Positions 34,541-42,240 of a stretch of 49,320 nt of DNA are shown in pieces. The number at the start of each line of letters is the position of its first letter. Position 1 is the first letter of the stretch. A program made the position numbers and the translations under genes. The stretch is from a virus. The stretch lies in IMG/VR virus record IMGVR_UViG_3300008050_000019; one strand, 5' to 3'. The notes under the pieces are model-generated. The model was not told the DNA's origin. It saw only the letters and a program-made list of their open reading frames with translations, and did no database searches.

Positions 34541-34552
34541 CAAGGAGAAGTT

Positions 34553-34678
34553 ATGAATATCACGAAACCCAAACCCACATCTGCAGTTATTACGCACACC
34601 TGCGGGCCAGCCGAGAAGACGTATAAAGTTACAAGCACCGTCAAGCTCAAGAAAGTGAGCACAAAGGAGCTAAAATAA
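34553..34678 (+). CDS. small ORF (~41 aa) downstream of HH3
   Basis: AAGGAG SD then ATG; MNITKPKPTSAVITHTCGPAEKTYKVTSTVKLKKVSTKELK. Confidence 0.35.
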   Translation: MNITKPKPTSAVITHTCGPAEKTYKVTSTVKLKKVSTKELK

Positions 34679-34680
34679 CA

Positions 34681-34929
34681 ATGATGTACTTTGTAGGAAC
34701 TGCACAAGAGGAAAATAAGAACTCACTTAAGTATTTTTTGACCCAATTGTGTTCCTCTGTCGAAACAGAGGACGGACCGGAAGCTGCAGCTAAGCTATAT
34801 GCAGCCGATATGGATAGCGTTGACAGGGAAGATCTCGTTATTTATGTTATAAGTCAACGAACCACTTGTACTGTACGCAATGAAACTGTTTCGACGGTTA
34901 CGGATATAGAAACAAAAGATGAAAAATAA
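34681..34929 (+). CDS. hypothetical protein (82 aa)
   Basis: six-frame ORF directly after previous stop. Confidence 0.45.
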   Translation: MMYFVGTAQEENKNSLKYFLTQLCSSVETEDGPEAAAKLYAADMDSVDREDLVIYVISQRTTCTVRNETVSTVTDIETKDEK

Positions 34930-35006
34930 GTATCATCTGTAGGATGCCAGTGTTACAATATTCTTGGAAATAGGAAATAAAGCCTATCTCCAATGGAGTA
35001 TATAGC

Positions 35007-35537
35007 ATGGCTGGCATCAACTCAATCGACATCTACTCAATTCCACATTCGCAATCCAAGAAAGCTGGCATTACCAATGTCGACTTCATCGCGTTATACC
35101 TCATGAAATATGGACCAACGAAGTACACGCCACTTCGTAATGCACTTCTGCGTTGGCGGGGCATCAATCCTAAGAGGGCATCTCGTGGATACCTCACCAA
35201 CTACTTCAGCGGAGCACCCTCAAGTGGTCGATACAGGGCATACAGTGACGGCTATGCTGGACTTACCTACGGGTTTGGAGTTAGGTACGGCCCTATCACC
35301 CACAACTGGAGAGCATATTGGTGGAAACCAGAGACGTCCATTCGCACAGAAACCCAAGTCATGCGGGAAATTCCGATCTATAAAGATGGTAAAGAGACTG
35401 GAGAAACGAAGAGCATTCCGCAATTGGACGTCACTATGACCCCATCCGGACACCACAATGATCCTTTCCAACTTACTGGACGAGGCAAGAGGCGGGCGAC
35501 TTTGGTATTAAAGACCATCACTTCCCTAAAGCTCTAA
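35007..35537 (+). CDS. hypothetical protein (176 aa)
   Basis: promoter CCAGTGTTACAATATTCTTGG then ATG. Confidence 0.55.
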   Translation: MAGINSIDIYSIPHSQSKKAGITNVDFIALYLMKYGPTKYTPLRNALLRWRGINPKRASRGYLTNYFSGAPSSGRYRAYSDGYAGLTYGFGVRYGPITHNWRAYWWKPETSIRTETQVMREIPIYKDGKETGETKSIPQLDVTMTPSGHHNDPFQLTGRGKRRATLVLKTITSLKL

Positions 35538-36032
35538 ATCCCTCTCAGCTGCTCGCCTCTTTGCTTCCTGCAAATTTTCTAATGCCATAATAAGTGATTC
35601 AAGTTCGCTTGTTGAATTTGTTCCACCTACCCCTCGGACACACCAGTTCATCGGCCTAGGCCTCCCACTCATATCTGGTTGATTATTTTGCCAGACATGG
35701 GTGGTAATTTTATCATCTTTATAGGCTTTGCGAACGATATCAATCAACACGCAGGCTGTCATTATGTCACTGAAGTCTGGCCACCATCGCTGCTGATCTA
35801 GCAGTTCAGTGTAAACATGATATCTGCCTGGCCCAAACCAACCGTCTTCAGTGATAATGTCATTGCACAACCTCCCCCAGATAAGATCATTCGTAGGGTG
35901 GTTGTATCTCATACCATCCCTGAGCTCATCAGATGATGTACATGCGTTAAATAGTTCACCAAGAGCGTGCCAATAATCTCTATCTTTTGTCATTCTAGTC
36001 ACCGCACTCGATTGTTTTAACGCAACCATCAT
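35526..36032 (-). CDS. hypothetical protein (168 aa), last gene of 7-gene minus-strand operon
   Basis: six-frame ORF. Confidence 0.5.
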   Translation of the reverse strand: MMVALKQSSAVTRMTKDRDYWHALGELFNACTSSDELRDGMRYNHPTNDLIWGRLCNDIITEDGWFGPGRYHVYTELLDQQRWWPDFSDIMTACVLIDIVRKAYKDDKITTHVWQNNQPDMSGRPRPMNWCVRGVGGTNSTSELESLIMALENLQEAKRRAAERDLEL

Positions 36033-36225
36033 GATGGCAAAATAGATTAATCAATCCACTTTCCGTGCGAACAGAGCAGTTATTAACTGAGCAGTGAACG
36101 CCAGTTATCGGGATGCCAAGATCGTCTGCCCACTTTTTTGCAAGAACATCTCTTGGTACTGATCCGCAACATGAAATGCAGCTAGCAAGTACGAGTAAAA
36201 CTACCCACTCAACTATATGTTTCAT
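35995..36225 (-). CDS. predicted lipoprotein (76 aa)
   Basis: MKHIVEWVVLLVLASC signal and lipobox; Cys-rich. Confidence 0.5.
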   Translation of the reverse strand: MKHIVEWVVLLVLASCISCCGSVPRDVLAKKWADDLGIPITGVHCSVNNCSVRTESGLINLFCHHDGCVKTIECGD

Positions 36226-36228
36226 TTG

Positions 36229-36666
36229 TTATGCTTTCTGCCTGTATACAGATCCGATGTCAATCCACTTTCCCCCGATGTGGTTGCCAGCATGGTTATC
36301 ACGTTGTTCATAGATGATCCCATCTACAGAAAACTCTTCTGGAGGGTGAACGAAGCAGACGCCACCGGGCTGCACATACGCTGGAAGTTGTTCTTTACAT
36401 AGCATACGGCGCTGCAGGACCAAGACAGACATGCGACCATTTATAGCGCGCTGGACAACTTCCAGCTCTAGGATGGGTGCGACTGGAATATCCATTTTTC
36501 CAAGAAAAGCTTGATGCACAGCGAGCGTGTCGTCGTACATCATAGATAATTTAAGAACTGTGTTACCGGGCATGGGCCAAACATATGACTCAGTACCATA
36601 CCAGGGTGGATACCCATAGGCTTCTTTGAGACTATTTAATATATGATTGTCTAATTCGAGATTCAT
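36229..36666 (-). CDS. hypothetical protein (145 aa)
   Basis: six-frame ORF. Confidence 0.5.
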   Translation of the reverse strand: MNLELDNHILNSLKEAYGYPPWYGTESYVWPMPGNTVLKLSMMYDDTLAVHQAFLGKMDIPVAPILELEVVQRAINGRMSVLVLQRRMLCKEQLPAYVQPGGVCFVHPPEEFSVDGIIYEQRDNHAGNHIGGKWIDIGSVYRQKA

Positions 36667-36872
36667 CTGTTGCCCTCTCTTACGGCTCGGATCTTTTTTT
36701 CGAAGTCAAAAACGGCATGATAAAGAGAGTGAAGGTCTGCTCGATGATCAGAGTCCCATTCTGATGGATTATTAATCCTCTCGTTCATTGCTTCGAGCAG
36801 ACCTTCACACCCATCAATAATCTTGTCGCAGTGTGGTGTTAACTGTTGTTCATCTGGTGTATATGACATCAT
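36663..36872 (-). CDS. hypothetical protein (69 aa)
   Basis: ATGA-type overlap with downstream gene. Confidence 0.45.
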   Translation of the reverse strand: MMSYTPDEQQLTPHCDKIIDGCEGLLEAMNERINNPSEWDSDHRADLHSLYHAVFDFEKKIRAVREGNR

Positions 36873-36876
36873 GTCC

Positions 36877-37275
36877 TCAAATATCTAAAGCTGTGGTTTG
36901 TTTAACCAGCACCCGTGTTCGTCCTCTTGTTACGGTTGCTTGATATGTGAATGGTCGGCCAGAACAATCATATGCTGACTCAGCCCATTCAACATTGAGA
37001 TCAAAGTCATGAGCGATGTCGATGTCTGGAGTACCAGCTGAGTATACTTTCCATCGTGTCCAGGACTCACCGCAACCGCCCTTGTCGGACACTCCCTCAG
37101 ATAAAATGGGCTGAGTGCATTCCCATAATACTTTCCCTAGGAGATAAGCAAATTCATCCCGTGCCCTAAACTCATCAGGTGAGCACTCCAGCTCCTTCAG
37201 GCGCCTAAGAACTTCTTTTAAAGAAACACCAGGAATGCGATAAAAGGTATGACGTGAGTGCGGGTAAGGCTTCAT
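36877..37275 (-). CDS. hypothetical protein (132 aa)
   Basis: six-frame ORF. Confidence 0.5.
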   Translation of the reverse strand: MKPYPHSRHTFYRIPGVSLKEVLRRLKELECSPDEFRARDEFAYLLGKVLWECTQPILSEGVSDKGGCGESWTRWKVYSAGTPDIDIAHDFDLNVEWAESAYDCSGRPFTYQATVTRGRTRVLVKQTTALDI

Positions 37276-37284
37276 ATTTCCTCC

Positions 37285-37476
37285 TTAGAGCAAGCTTCGT
37301 AAGTCTGCAACGAGTGCTTTGCACCTAACGTATTGACTCAAATATGTGATTGTATCTTCGACGTCGGTTGGATCAACCGGTTCACCAGCTCGACCCCTTT
37401 CGAGAAGAAGCTCTCCATACTCAACCTGCTTATCGAAGATATCAACAATCTCGAATGCTGCATCACAATCGAACAT
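37285..37476 (-). CDS. hypothetical protein (63 aa)
   Basis: six-frame ORF. Confidence 0.4.
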   Translation of the reverse strand: MFDCDAAFEIVDIFDKQVEYGELLLERGRAGEPVDPTDVEDTITYLSQYVRCKALVADLRSLL

Positions 37477-37811
37477 CAGTTAAGCTCAGGTTCTTGGCAA
37501 ATGAAATAGTTATTGGCCATTTCCATAGCTTCCAAGAAGCCGTCAAGAGGAAACTCATATCCGCCCCTGTCACGGCGGGCATAGGACCCATCATGTTTAA
37601 TGATGAAAGTATATCTTGCTTCAGCGCTTGTTGTACCTACACGATGCTCACTATCAGCAAAGCTATGATACACATATCCAGAGACATCAGTCTCATTAGG
37701 AAATGCTTGTTCAGCATTTACCTGCAGAGCTTTGAAAAGCTGGTTTGCAGAGTAAGTATTAATGTCAGCCGTAGTTCCAGGTGGGAGTTTATTTTTCAAT
37801 TCTGGCCTCAT
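37476..37811 (-). CDS. hypothetical protein (111 aa), first gene of operon
   Basis: minus-strand TGTGTTATAATATTATTAGGAA-ATG promoter at 37812..37845. Confidence 0.5.
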   Translation of the reverse strand: MRPELKNKLPPGTTADINTYSANQLFKALQVNAEQAFPNETDVSGYVYHSFADSEHRVGTTSAEARYTFIIKHDGSYARRDRGGYEFPLDGFLEAMEMANNYFICQEPELN

Positions 37812-37854
37812 TTCCTAATAATATTATAACACATGTATTAAACCTATGTTACGT

Positions 37855-38013
37855 TTATTTTTCCTGTTGTCTCAGTACTCGAGGCGCAAGCTTCGGCGCA
37901 TAGCACGGCGTTGATACCGCTTCATCATCCTGCGGCCGTTGGGTCCGTAATCCCGTAAGCCGATAGAAATCGCTTCCGACATAGAATTCACTATACTTAT
38001 TAACCTTTGTCAT
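37855..38013 (-). CDS. small basic ORF (~52 aa), near-leaderless
   Basis: minus-strand ATGTTATAATATTCTTACG-ATG. Confidence 0.25.
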   Translation of the reverse strand: MTKVNKYSEFYVGSDFYRLTGLRTQRPQDDEAVSTPCYAPKLAPRVLRQQEK

Positions 38014-38276
38014 CGTAAGAATATTATAACATATTCATGAAACAAAAGAACTTGTTTTTATCATTTTGTGTATAATATTATCACCGATTTTATATAACCA
38101 CAGCCGCATAAGTGCTATTAGGCTCACCTCTCGGGGACTGGATATCCTTTATTATATGGATATATATCCAAAATTATGGTTTATTAGAGGTGAGCCCAGG
38201 AATACCGTCAATAAAAGTAAGATAGTGAAATCTGTTGTATCTTCAGATTCAATGATGTGTTATAATATTTTAACCG

Positions 38277-38555
38277 ATGGAAATACCACAAAGCGTTCAC
38301 GAAAAAGTTCATAGTGTTGAGTCACAATGGCATTATACTATCATGACAAAGTATGGTTATAAGACTGAAGTGAGGGAGCGTAAGGGGCTTGTTCGTTCGT
38401 ATAATTATTCATCATCCAATGATTGTAAAGACATCACTTGCTCGACCGGCGTCAACGGAGATCATTGGTTTACCAGATCCGAGTGTGGCGGGTGGGCGGG
38501 AGGGTATGCAGGTGAACTAGAAGATTACCTTCGCTCAATTACGGAAACTAAATAG
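38277..38555 (+). CDS. hypothetical protein (92 aa), leaderless
   Basis: TGTGTTATAATATTTTAACCG-ATG. Confidence 0.5.
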   Translation: MEIPQSVHEKVHSVESQWHYTIMTKYGYKTEVRERKGLVRSYNYSSSNDCKDITCSTGVNGDHWFTRSECGGWAGGYAGELEDYLRSITETK

Positions 38556-38593
38556 TATCATTGGTTAAACATACGTGTTATAATATATCTACA

Positions 38594-38884
38594 ATGACAA
38601 AGGTTATTAACAACAACGCCCCACACAGAATCACATTGTCGCTTACACTGAATCCTGCTAAGGATGCAGTCAGAATTCAAAGCTCTGATGGCGATGCTGC
38701 AGAGATCAGGGTTAAAGACTTGCACGGGTGGGATTCTAATCAAGAACCACCCCAAGCTATGCTTAATGTAGGCTCCGAAATCCTCAGTGATTTCTGCTCA
38801 GGGCAAGATGTTCGAATGATGAGCAAGCGCCTGTGGGGAAATCAAGTAACCATCTTTTACACGCTCTATCCAAACGAAGGGTAA
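38594..38884 (+). CDS. hypothetical protein (96 aa), leaderless
   Basis: CGTGTTATAATATATCTACA-ATG. Confidence 0.5.
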   Translation: MTKVINNNAPHRITLSLTLNPAKDAVRIQSSDGDAAEIRVKDLHGWDSNQEPPQAMLNVGSEILSDFCSGQDVRMMSKRLWGNQVTIFYTLYPNEG

Positions 38885-38889
38885 TCACG

Positions 38890-39228
38890 ATGACAATTCG
38901 AACATACTCCTATGTCCTGACAGCCTGTATTGATGGGTCTTCACCCATTCCCATTGGCCATTTTCCTGATTGGTCTTCGGCACTGGAATTTGTCACAAAA
39001 AGTGTACCCCCGACCCAAAAACATTGGGTGGAACATGACGGCTCCACGGACATTGAATACATTAACATCACACCCATTGTGATGTACCCATCTTCGCTAC
39101 AGGAAGCCTCTGACTCTGTCAGGCAAACAAAAGAGCTGGTTGATTTTGGCGCATGGCCATGCTGGTCTACCGAAGACGGCAAAAAGCCGGTGTCATTCAA
39201 TAGCATAAGAAACACGTCAGAGATTTAA
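38890..39228 (+). CDS. hypothetical protein (112 aa)
   Basis: 5 nt after previous stop. Confidence 0.45.
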   Translation: MTIRTYSYVLTACIDGSSPIPIGHFPDWSSALEFVTKSVPPTQKHWVEHDGSTDIEYINITPIVMYPSSLQEASDSVRQTKELVDFGAWPCWSTEDGKKPVSFNSIRNTSEI

Positions 39229-39269
39229 TCGTTTCATTAGTATCCTGTCTGTATTATAATAATCACACA

Positions 39270-39491
39270 ATGGATATGTTCATGATCTTCGATCAATCTG
39301 GCCCAAGCAATGATTTGCTGGGATCATTTCCCTCAGAAGGTGAAGCAAAACACTTCGCATATGCACAGTCAAGGGGATACGACTACTGTCAAGGTCTCAA
39401 AGTGCCTTCAGGCACCCCCGTCGAACTCCTCGACCCAGACTGTGACGATGCCGAGCTTGAGGAGTATGGCATCACTCGATTCCAAATATAA
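39270..39491 (+). CDS. hypothetical acidic protein (73 aa)
   Basis: TGTATTATAATAATCACACA-ATG. Confidence 0.5.
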   Translation: MDMFMIFDQSGPSNDLLGSFPSEGEAKHFAYAQSRGYDYCQGLKVPSGTPVELLDPDCDDAELEEYGITRFQI

Positions 39492-39540
39492 AATATTCCT
39501 TTCTTCAGTATCTCACCTGTGTTATAATATTCTTACAATT

Positions 39541-39741
39541 ATGACAGGAACAAACAAACCCACAATGTGTAAAGGTAAGCTCGAAGCTGTTGCTAATGAG
39601 CGCCGCCGGATCTTGGACTTCTTCGAAGCCACTGCTGCGAGACTTGAGGCCAATATGTCAAAAGGTGACGCTGAAGCTGAAGCTGCTTGTGCTCAACTAT
39701 CAATTCTGCAGGAGCTGGAGGATGTTGTCCTAAATAAGTGA
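39541..39741 (+). CDS. hypothetical coiled-coil protein (66 aa)
   Basis: TGTGTTATAATATTCTTACAATT-ATG. Confidence 0.5.
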   Translation: MTGTNKPTMCKGKLEAVANERRRILDFFEATAARLEANMSKGDAEAEAACAQLSILQELEDVVLNK

Positions 39742-39802
39742 TAATGCCTGTATCTATCGAGTCAAGACAGTGTTAATATATTCTTAGGAATTGAGGAACA
39801 AC

Positions 39803-40180
39803 ATGAAATTAGAAATTACTCTTGCACCATGTATTAAACAACTCGGCGGCGGACCTGAAAGTGAACTGCAGTTTGAGCCCGCGATCACTGTCAACGTGTA
39901 CGAAGCAGCGCGGCCGCCAAGAAATACGATGCCGAAAAGTGTTGAGTCTACCACGGATTTATTTCCAGCCGAAGACGAAATTGAACTCACTCTTAAAGCG
40001 CGCCAGTCTGGTGTCTTGCTAGAACAAACTAGGGTTTTAGCACTGGTTAACGAAATGCATGAGACTCTATGCGAAGCTCTTAAGGAAGATGGCCACTTCA
40101 ACGGGAATCACACCAAGTATGATGCTCAGATTGATGCACTCAATCAACTCCAAAAATTAATTTTGGGCACAGAAAAATAA
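39803..40180 (+). CDS. hypothetical protein (125 aa)
   Basis: AGTGTTAATATATTCTTAGGAATTGAGGAACAAC-ATG. Confidence 0.5.
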   Translation: MKLEITLAPCIKQLGGGPESELQFEPAITVNVYEAARPPRNTMPKSVESTTDLFPAEDEIELTLKARQSGVLLEQTRVLALVNEMHETLCEALKEDGHFNGNHTKYDAQIDALNQLQKLILGTEK

Positions 40181-40195
40181 AGGTATCCATCGAAC

Positions 40196-40313
40196 CAAGA
40201 CAGTGTTAATATAAACCAACAAACCGGATAATGGAAATTAAATAAAGAGAAAAAATAAAGAAAAAATAAAGTATCTTTAGAGCCAAGACAGTGTTAATAT
40301 AAACCAACAAATG
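40196..40313 (+). repeat. two 29-nt direct repeats CCAAGACAGTGTTAATATAAACCAACAAA (promoter-like) flanking A-rich spacer
   Basis: copies at 40196..40224 and 40285..40313; third related copy at 39762..39790. Confidence 0.6.
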
Positions 40314-40403
40314 ATGAAAGGCGGAATTAAAATGAAGAAAACCTGACGATCTTGACTTTAATAAATAAATGCAAAACTGGGAATTAAGAAACGGAAAGAA
40401 AAA

Positions 40404-40460
40404 GCCGAAACGCTGAGAAGCGTCTGCTAAGACTAACCCCTTGGCACTGATGAGGCAGGT
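40404..40460 (+). ncRNA. hammerhead ribozyme, type II (HH4); predicted cleavage after C40424
   Basis: GCC-GAAA-[CGCU-gaga-AGCG]-UC|U-[GCUAAG..UUGGC]-A-CUGAUGA-GGC-AGGU. Confidence 0.7.
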
Positions 40461-40569
40461 AAATAAATTAATTACCTTGTTTCAATTGAATTAAGAATGT
40501 AATAATATATTCTTACAAACGGGGATTGGAAATTCCCCCTCAACATTCAAAAGAAAGCAATAACCAATT

Positions 40570-41214
40570 ATGCCTAAAGCAATCAACTTCGTCTCCGGCC
40601 AGTCTTACAACGTCTTCGAGGACAAGGGTTCCGCCATCAATGGTAAGGGTCAGCTCCAAATTTCCGAAAACAAGAATAAGGGGAGCATCACCCCAAGCAT
40701 GGACCTCACGTACGTCGGTCGTGGGGCAAAGGACACTCCCAACGCCGGCAAGGATATCTTCGACTTGCCTGCTGGGGTGGTACTTCAAGGCCAAAGCCAA
40801 ATCGTTGGCCACAAGAACCACTTCGATTCCCAGACCGAATACAATCTCGCCAAGAACGGAAGTGCCCGAAAGGGTACTTTGGCGGAGCAGATTGCCGACG
40901 TCAGGAGCCGGCTGGCTTCGAATGCCACTTTCCGCCTCAAGCTTGAAGGGCAAATTGCTGCTCTTGAGGTTAAGCAGTCCGAACAAGAAGTAGCTGAGGA
41001 GCTTGCGGCACAGGTGAATGCTGCGGCTGCTGCTGATTTGGCTGCTGCAGAAGCTGAAGGGCCTAGCGCCCCTGAAGAGGTCTCTGAGGCTGACGCTGAG
41101 GAAGCGGAAGCATTGGCTGCTGCAGAAGCGGAGAGTGATTCCGAGGTCGACCTTGAGGCTTTGATGGGGAGCCTTACGGAATCTACGCCAGTCGTCGACT
41201 ACGACGAAGCCTAA
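40570..41214 (+). CDS. GC3-rich paralog family member 3 (214 aa, acidic Ala/Glu-rich C-terminus)
   Basis: GQSYNVFEDKGS...PSMDLTYVGRGAKDTP...VGHKNHFD matches 19144 and 21873 genes. Confidence 0.7.
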   Translation: MPKAINFVSGQSYNVFEDKGSAINGKGQLQISENKNKGSITPSMDLTYVGRGAKDTPNAGKDIFDLPAGVVLQGQSQIVGHKNHFDSQTEYNLAKNGSARKGTLAEQIADVRSRLASNATFRLKLEGQIAALEVKQSEQEVAEELAAQVNAAAAADLAAAEAEGPSAPEEVSEADAEEAEALAAAEAESDSEVDLEALMGSLTESTPVVDYDEA

Positions 41215-41228
41215 GCCGAAAGGGCTAA

Positions 41229-41287
41229 GCCGAAACCCCCTCGGGGGTTATCCTAGGGTTACCTCCTAGGGTCTGATGAGGCAGGTT
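41229..41287 (+). ncRNA. hammerhead ribozyme, type II (HH5); predicted cleavage after GUU at 41249
   Basis: GCC-GAAA-[CCCCC-ucg-GGGGG]-UU|A-[UCCUAGGG-uuaccu-CCUAGGGU]-CUGAUGA-GGC-AGGU. Confidence 0.7.
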
Positions 41288-41309
41288 CCCTCCCTATTCT
41301 TAGGAAAAC

Positions 41310-41546
41310 ATGAAACAAAAAATTACTCGGGCAATGAACAAATCTGATTGGAAGTGCCCATGTCATGGTAAACAAGTTGTTGAAAAGCGGCGGATGAGAG
41401 AGGATAATCAAGGCCGACGTAAATACGCTGGTACATATTTTTCATGCCCCCAGTATTCTGAGTGTGGCTACTACGTCTCAGGGACATTTCAAGTCCCACT
41501 AACTGATGATGCTGGCATCGCCCTTAACCGTCAAAAGAAAGACTAA
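41310..41546 (+). CDS. hypothetical protein with CxxC...C...CxxC motif (78 aa)
   Basis: WKCPCHG ... FSCPQYSECGYY. Confidence 0.5.
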   Translation: MKQKITRAMNKSDWKCPCHGKQVVEKRRMREDNQGRRKYAGTYFSCPQYSECGYYVSGTFQVPLTDDAGIALNRQKKD

Positions 41547-41549
41547 GAT

Positions 41550-41750
41550 ATGAGTAAAATGTACATTGTTGTTGACCAAACTACACCCAAAGATGTGGTG
41601 GCCTTAGCAACGGGTGACCAAATTGAAGCAGAAGAATATGCGGTCAAGTATGACCCAAGCCACTTCAACATGCGAATCATTTGCCTTTCACCAGGTGACA
41701 CCATCGTTCCAGGTGCTAATGAACGCTTCCCGGGTAAAGTAATTTTCTAA
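41550..41750 (+). CDS. hypothetical protein (66 aa)
   Basis: six-frame ORF. Confidence 0.45.
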   Translation: MSKMYIVVDQTTPKDVVALATGDQIEAEEYAVKYDPSHFNMRIICLSPGDTIVPGANERFPGKVIF

Positions 41751-41810
41751 GTCGAAACGGGCTTCGGCCCGTCGTTCTGGAATGACTCCCAGGGCCTGAT
41801 GAGACAAGTC
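41751..41810 (+). ncRNA. hammerhead ribozyme, type II (HH6); predicted cleavage after C41773
   Basis: GUC-GAAA-[CGGGC-uucg-GCCCG]-UC|G-[UUCUGG..CCAGGGC]-CUGAUGA-GAC-AAGUC; AAGUC pairs loop-I GACU. Confidence 0.8.
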
Positions 41811-41836
41811 TTAACCTTAAACAAAACGAGAACTTT

Positions 41837-42016
41837 ATGAAGACTATGGGATTTTTTGGATTTCTTTTTGCGCTGATTTTCCTTGTTGCCGGTGCGGAAC
41901 TTGGCTATAGCGTTTTTAAATCAGCAACTGATCAGTGTGATGTCCGGCTTCCGATCGACGCATATCTACATGGGCAGTGGTTGTGCCCCGAAACCAACAT
42001 CATTGGTGAACGATGA
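41837..42016 (+). CDS. small predicted membrane protein (~58 aa)
   Basis: MKTMGFFGFLFALIFLVAGAELGY... one TM helix; stop overlaps next ATG. Confidence 0.35.
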   Translation: MKTMGFFGFLFALIFLVAGAELGYSVFKSATDQCDVRLPIDAYLHGQWLCPETNIIGER

Positions 42017-42240
42017 AGCAGTCTAATTCAAGCGATTTCATCTTCTGGGCGGCTGCAGCAGCCACCATTGGGTCCGCTTGTTTATCAATCGGGTTTGTGT
42101 TAGGTAACCTTTGGTTAAGCCTAAGCTTCGGCGCAAGTGCATTGAAGGCTTTCACCAAAGGATGTGACAGAACGTACACCATTGAAAAATATGTCAGTGG
42201 TGATTGGTTCTGCGAAGCGAAAACCCCCTACACACGATAA
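42013..42240 (+). CDS. small predicted membrane protein (75 aa)
   Basis: two hydrophobic segments. Confidence 0.45.
   Translation: MKQSNSSDFIFWAAAAATIGSACLSIGFVLGNLWLSLSFGASALKAFTKGCDRTYTIEKYVSGDWFCEAKTPYTR

Noticed and set aside
24334-39741. ORF-track N-terminal extensions beginning MYYNIFRNWE / MYLPGYDCIT / MKSRAHQ / MICWDHF etc.
   Set aside because: The extensions are translations of the conserved promoter module or overlap the upstream gene. Starts were moved to the ATG that follows the SD or -10 box.
40526-40993. ORFs 40526..40993(+) and 40540..40986(-) overlapping gene 40570..41214
   Set aside because: Alternative frames of a GC-rich gene. The conserved paralog frame is the one kept.
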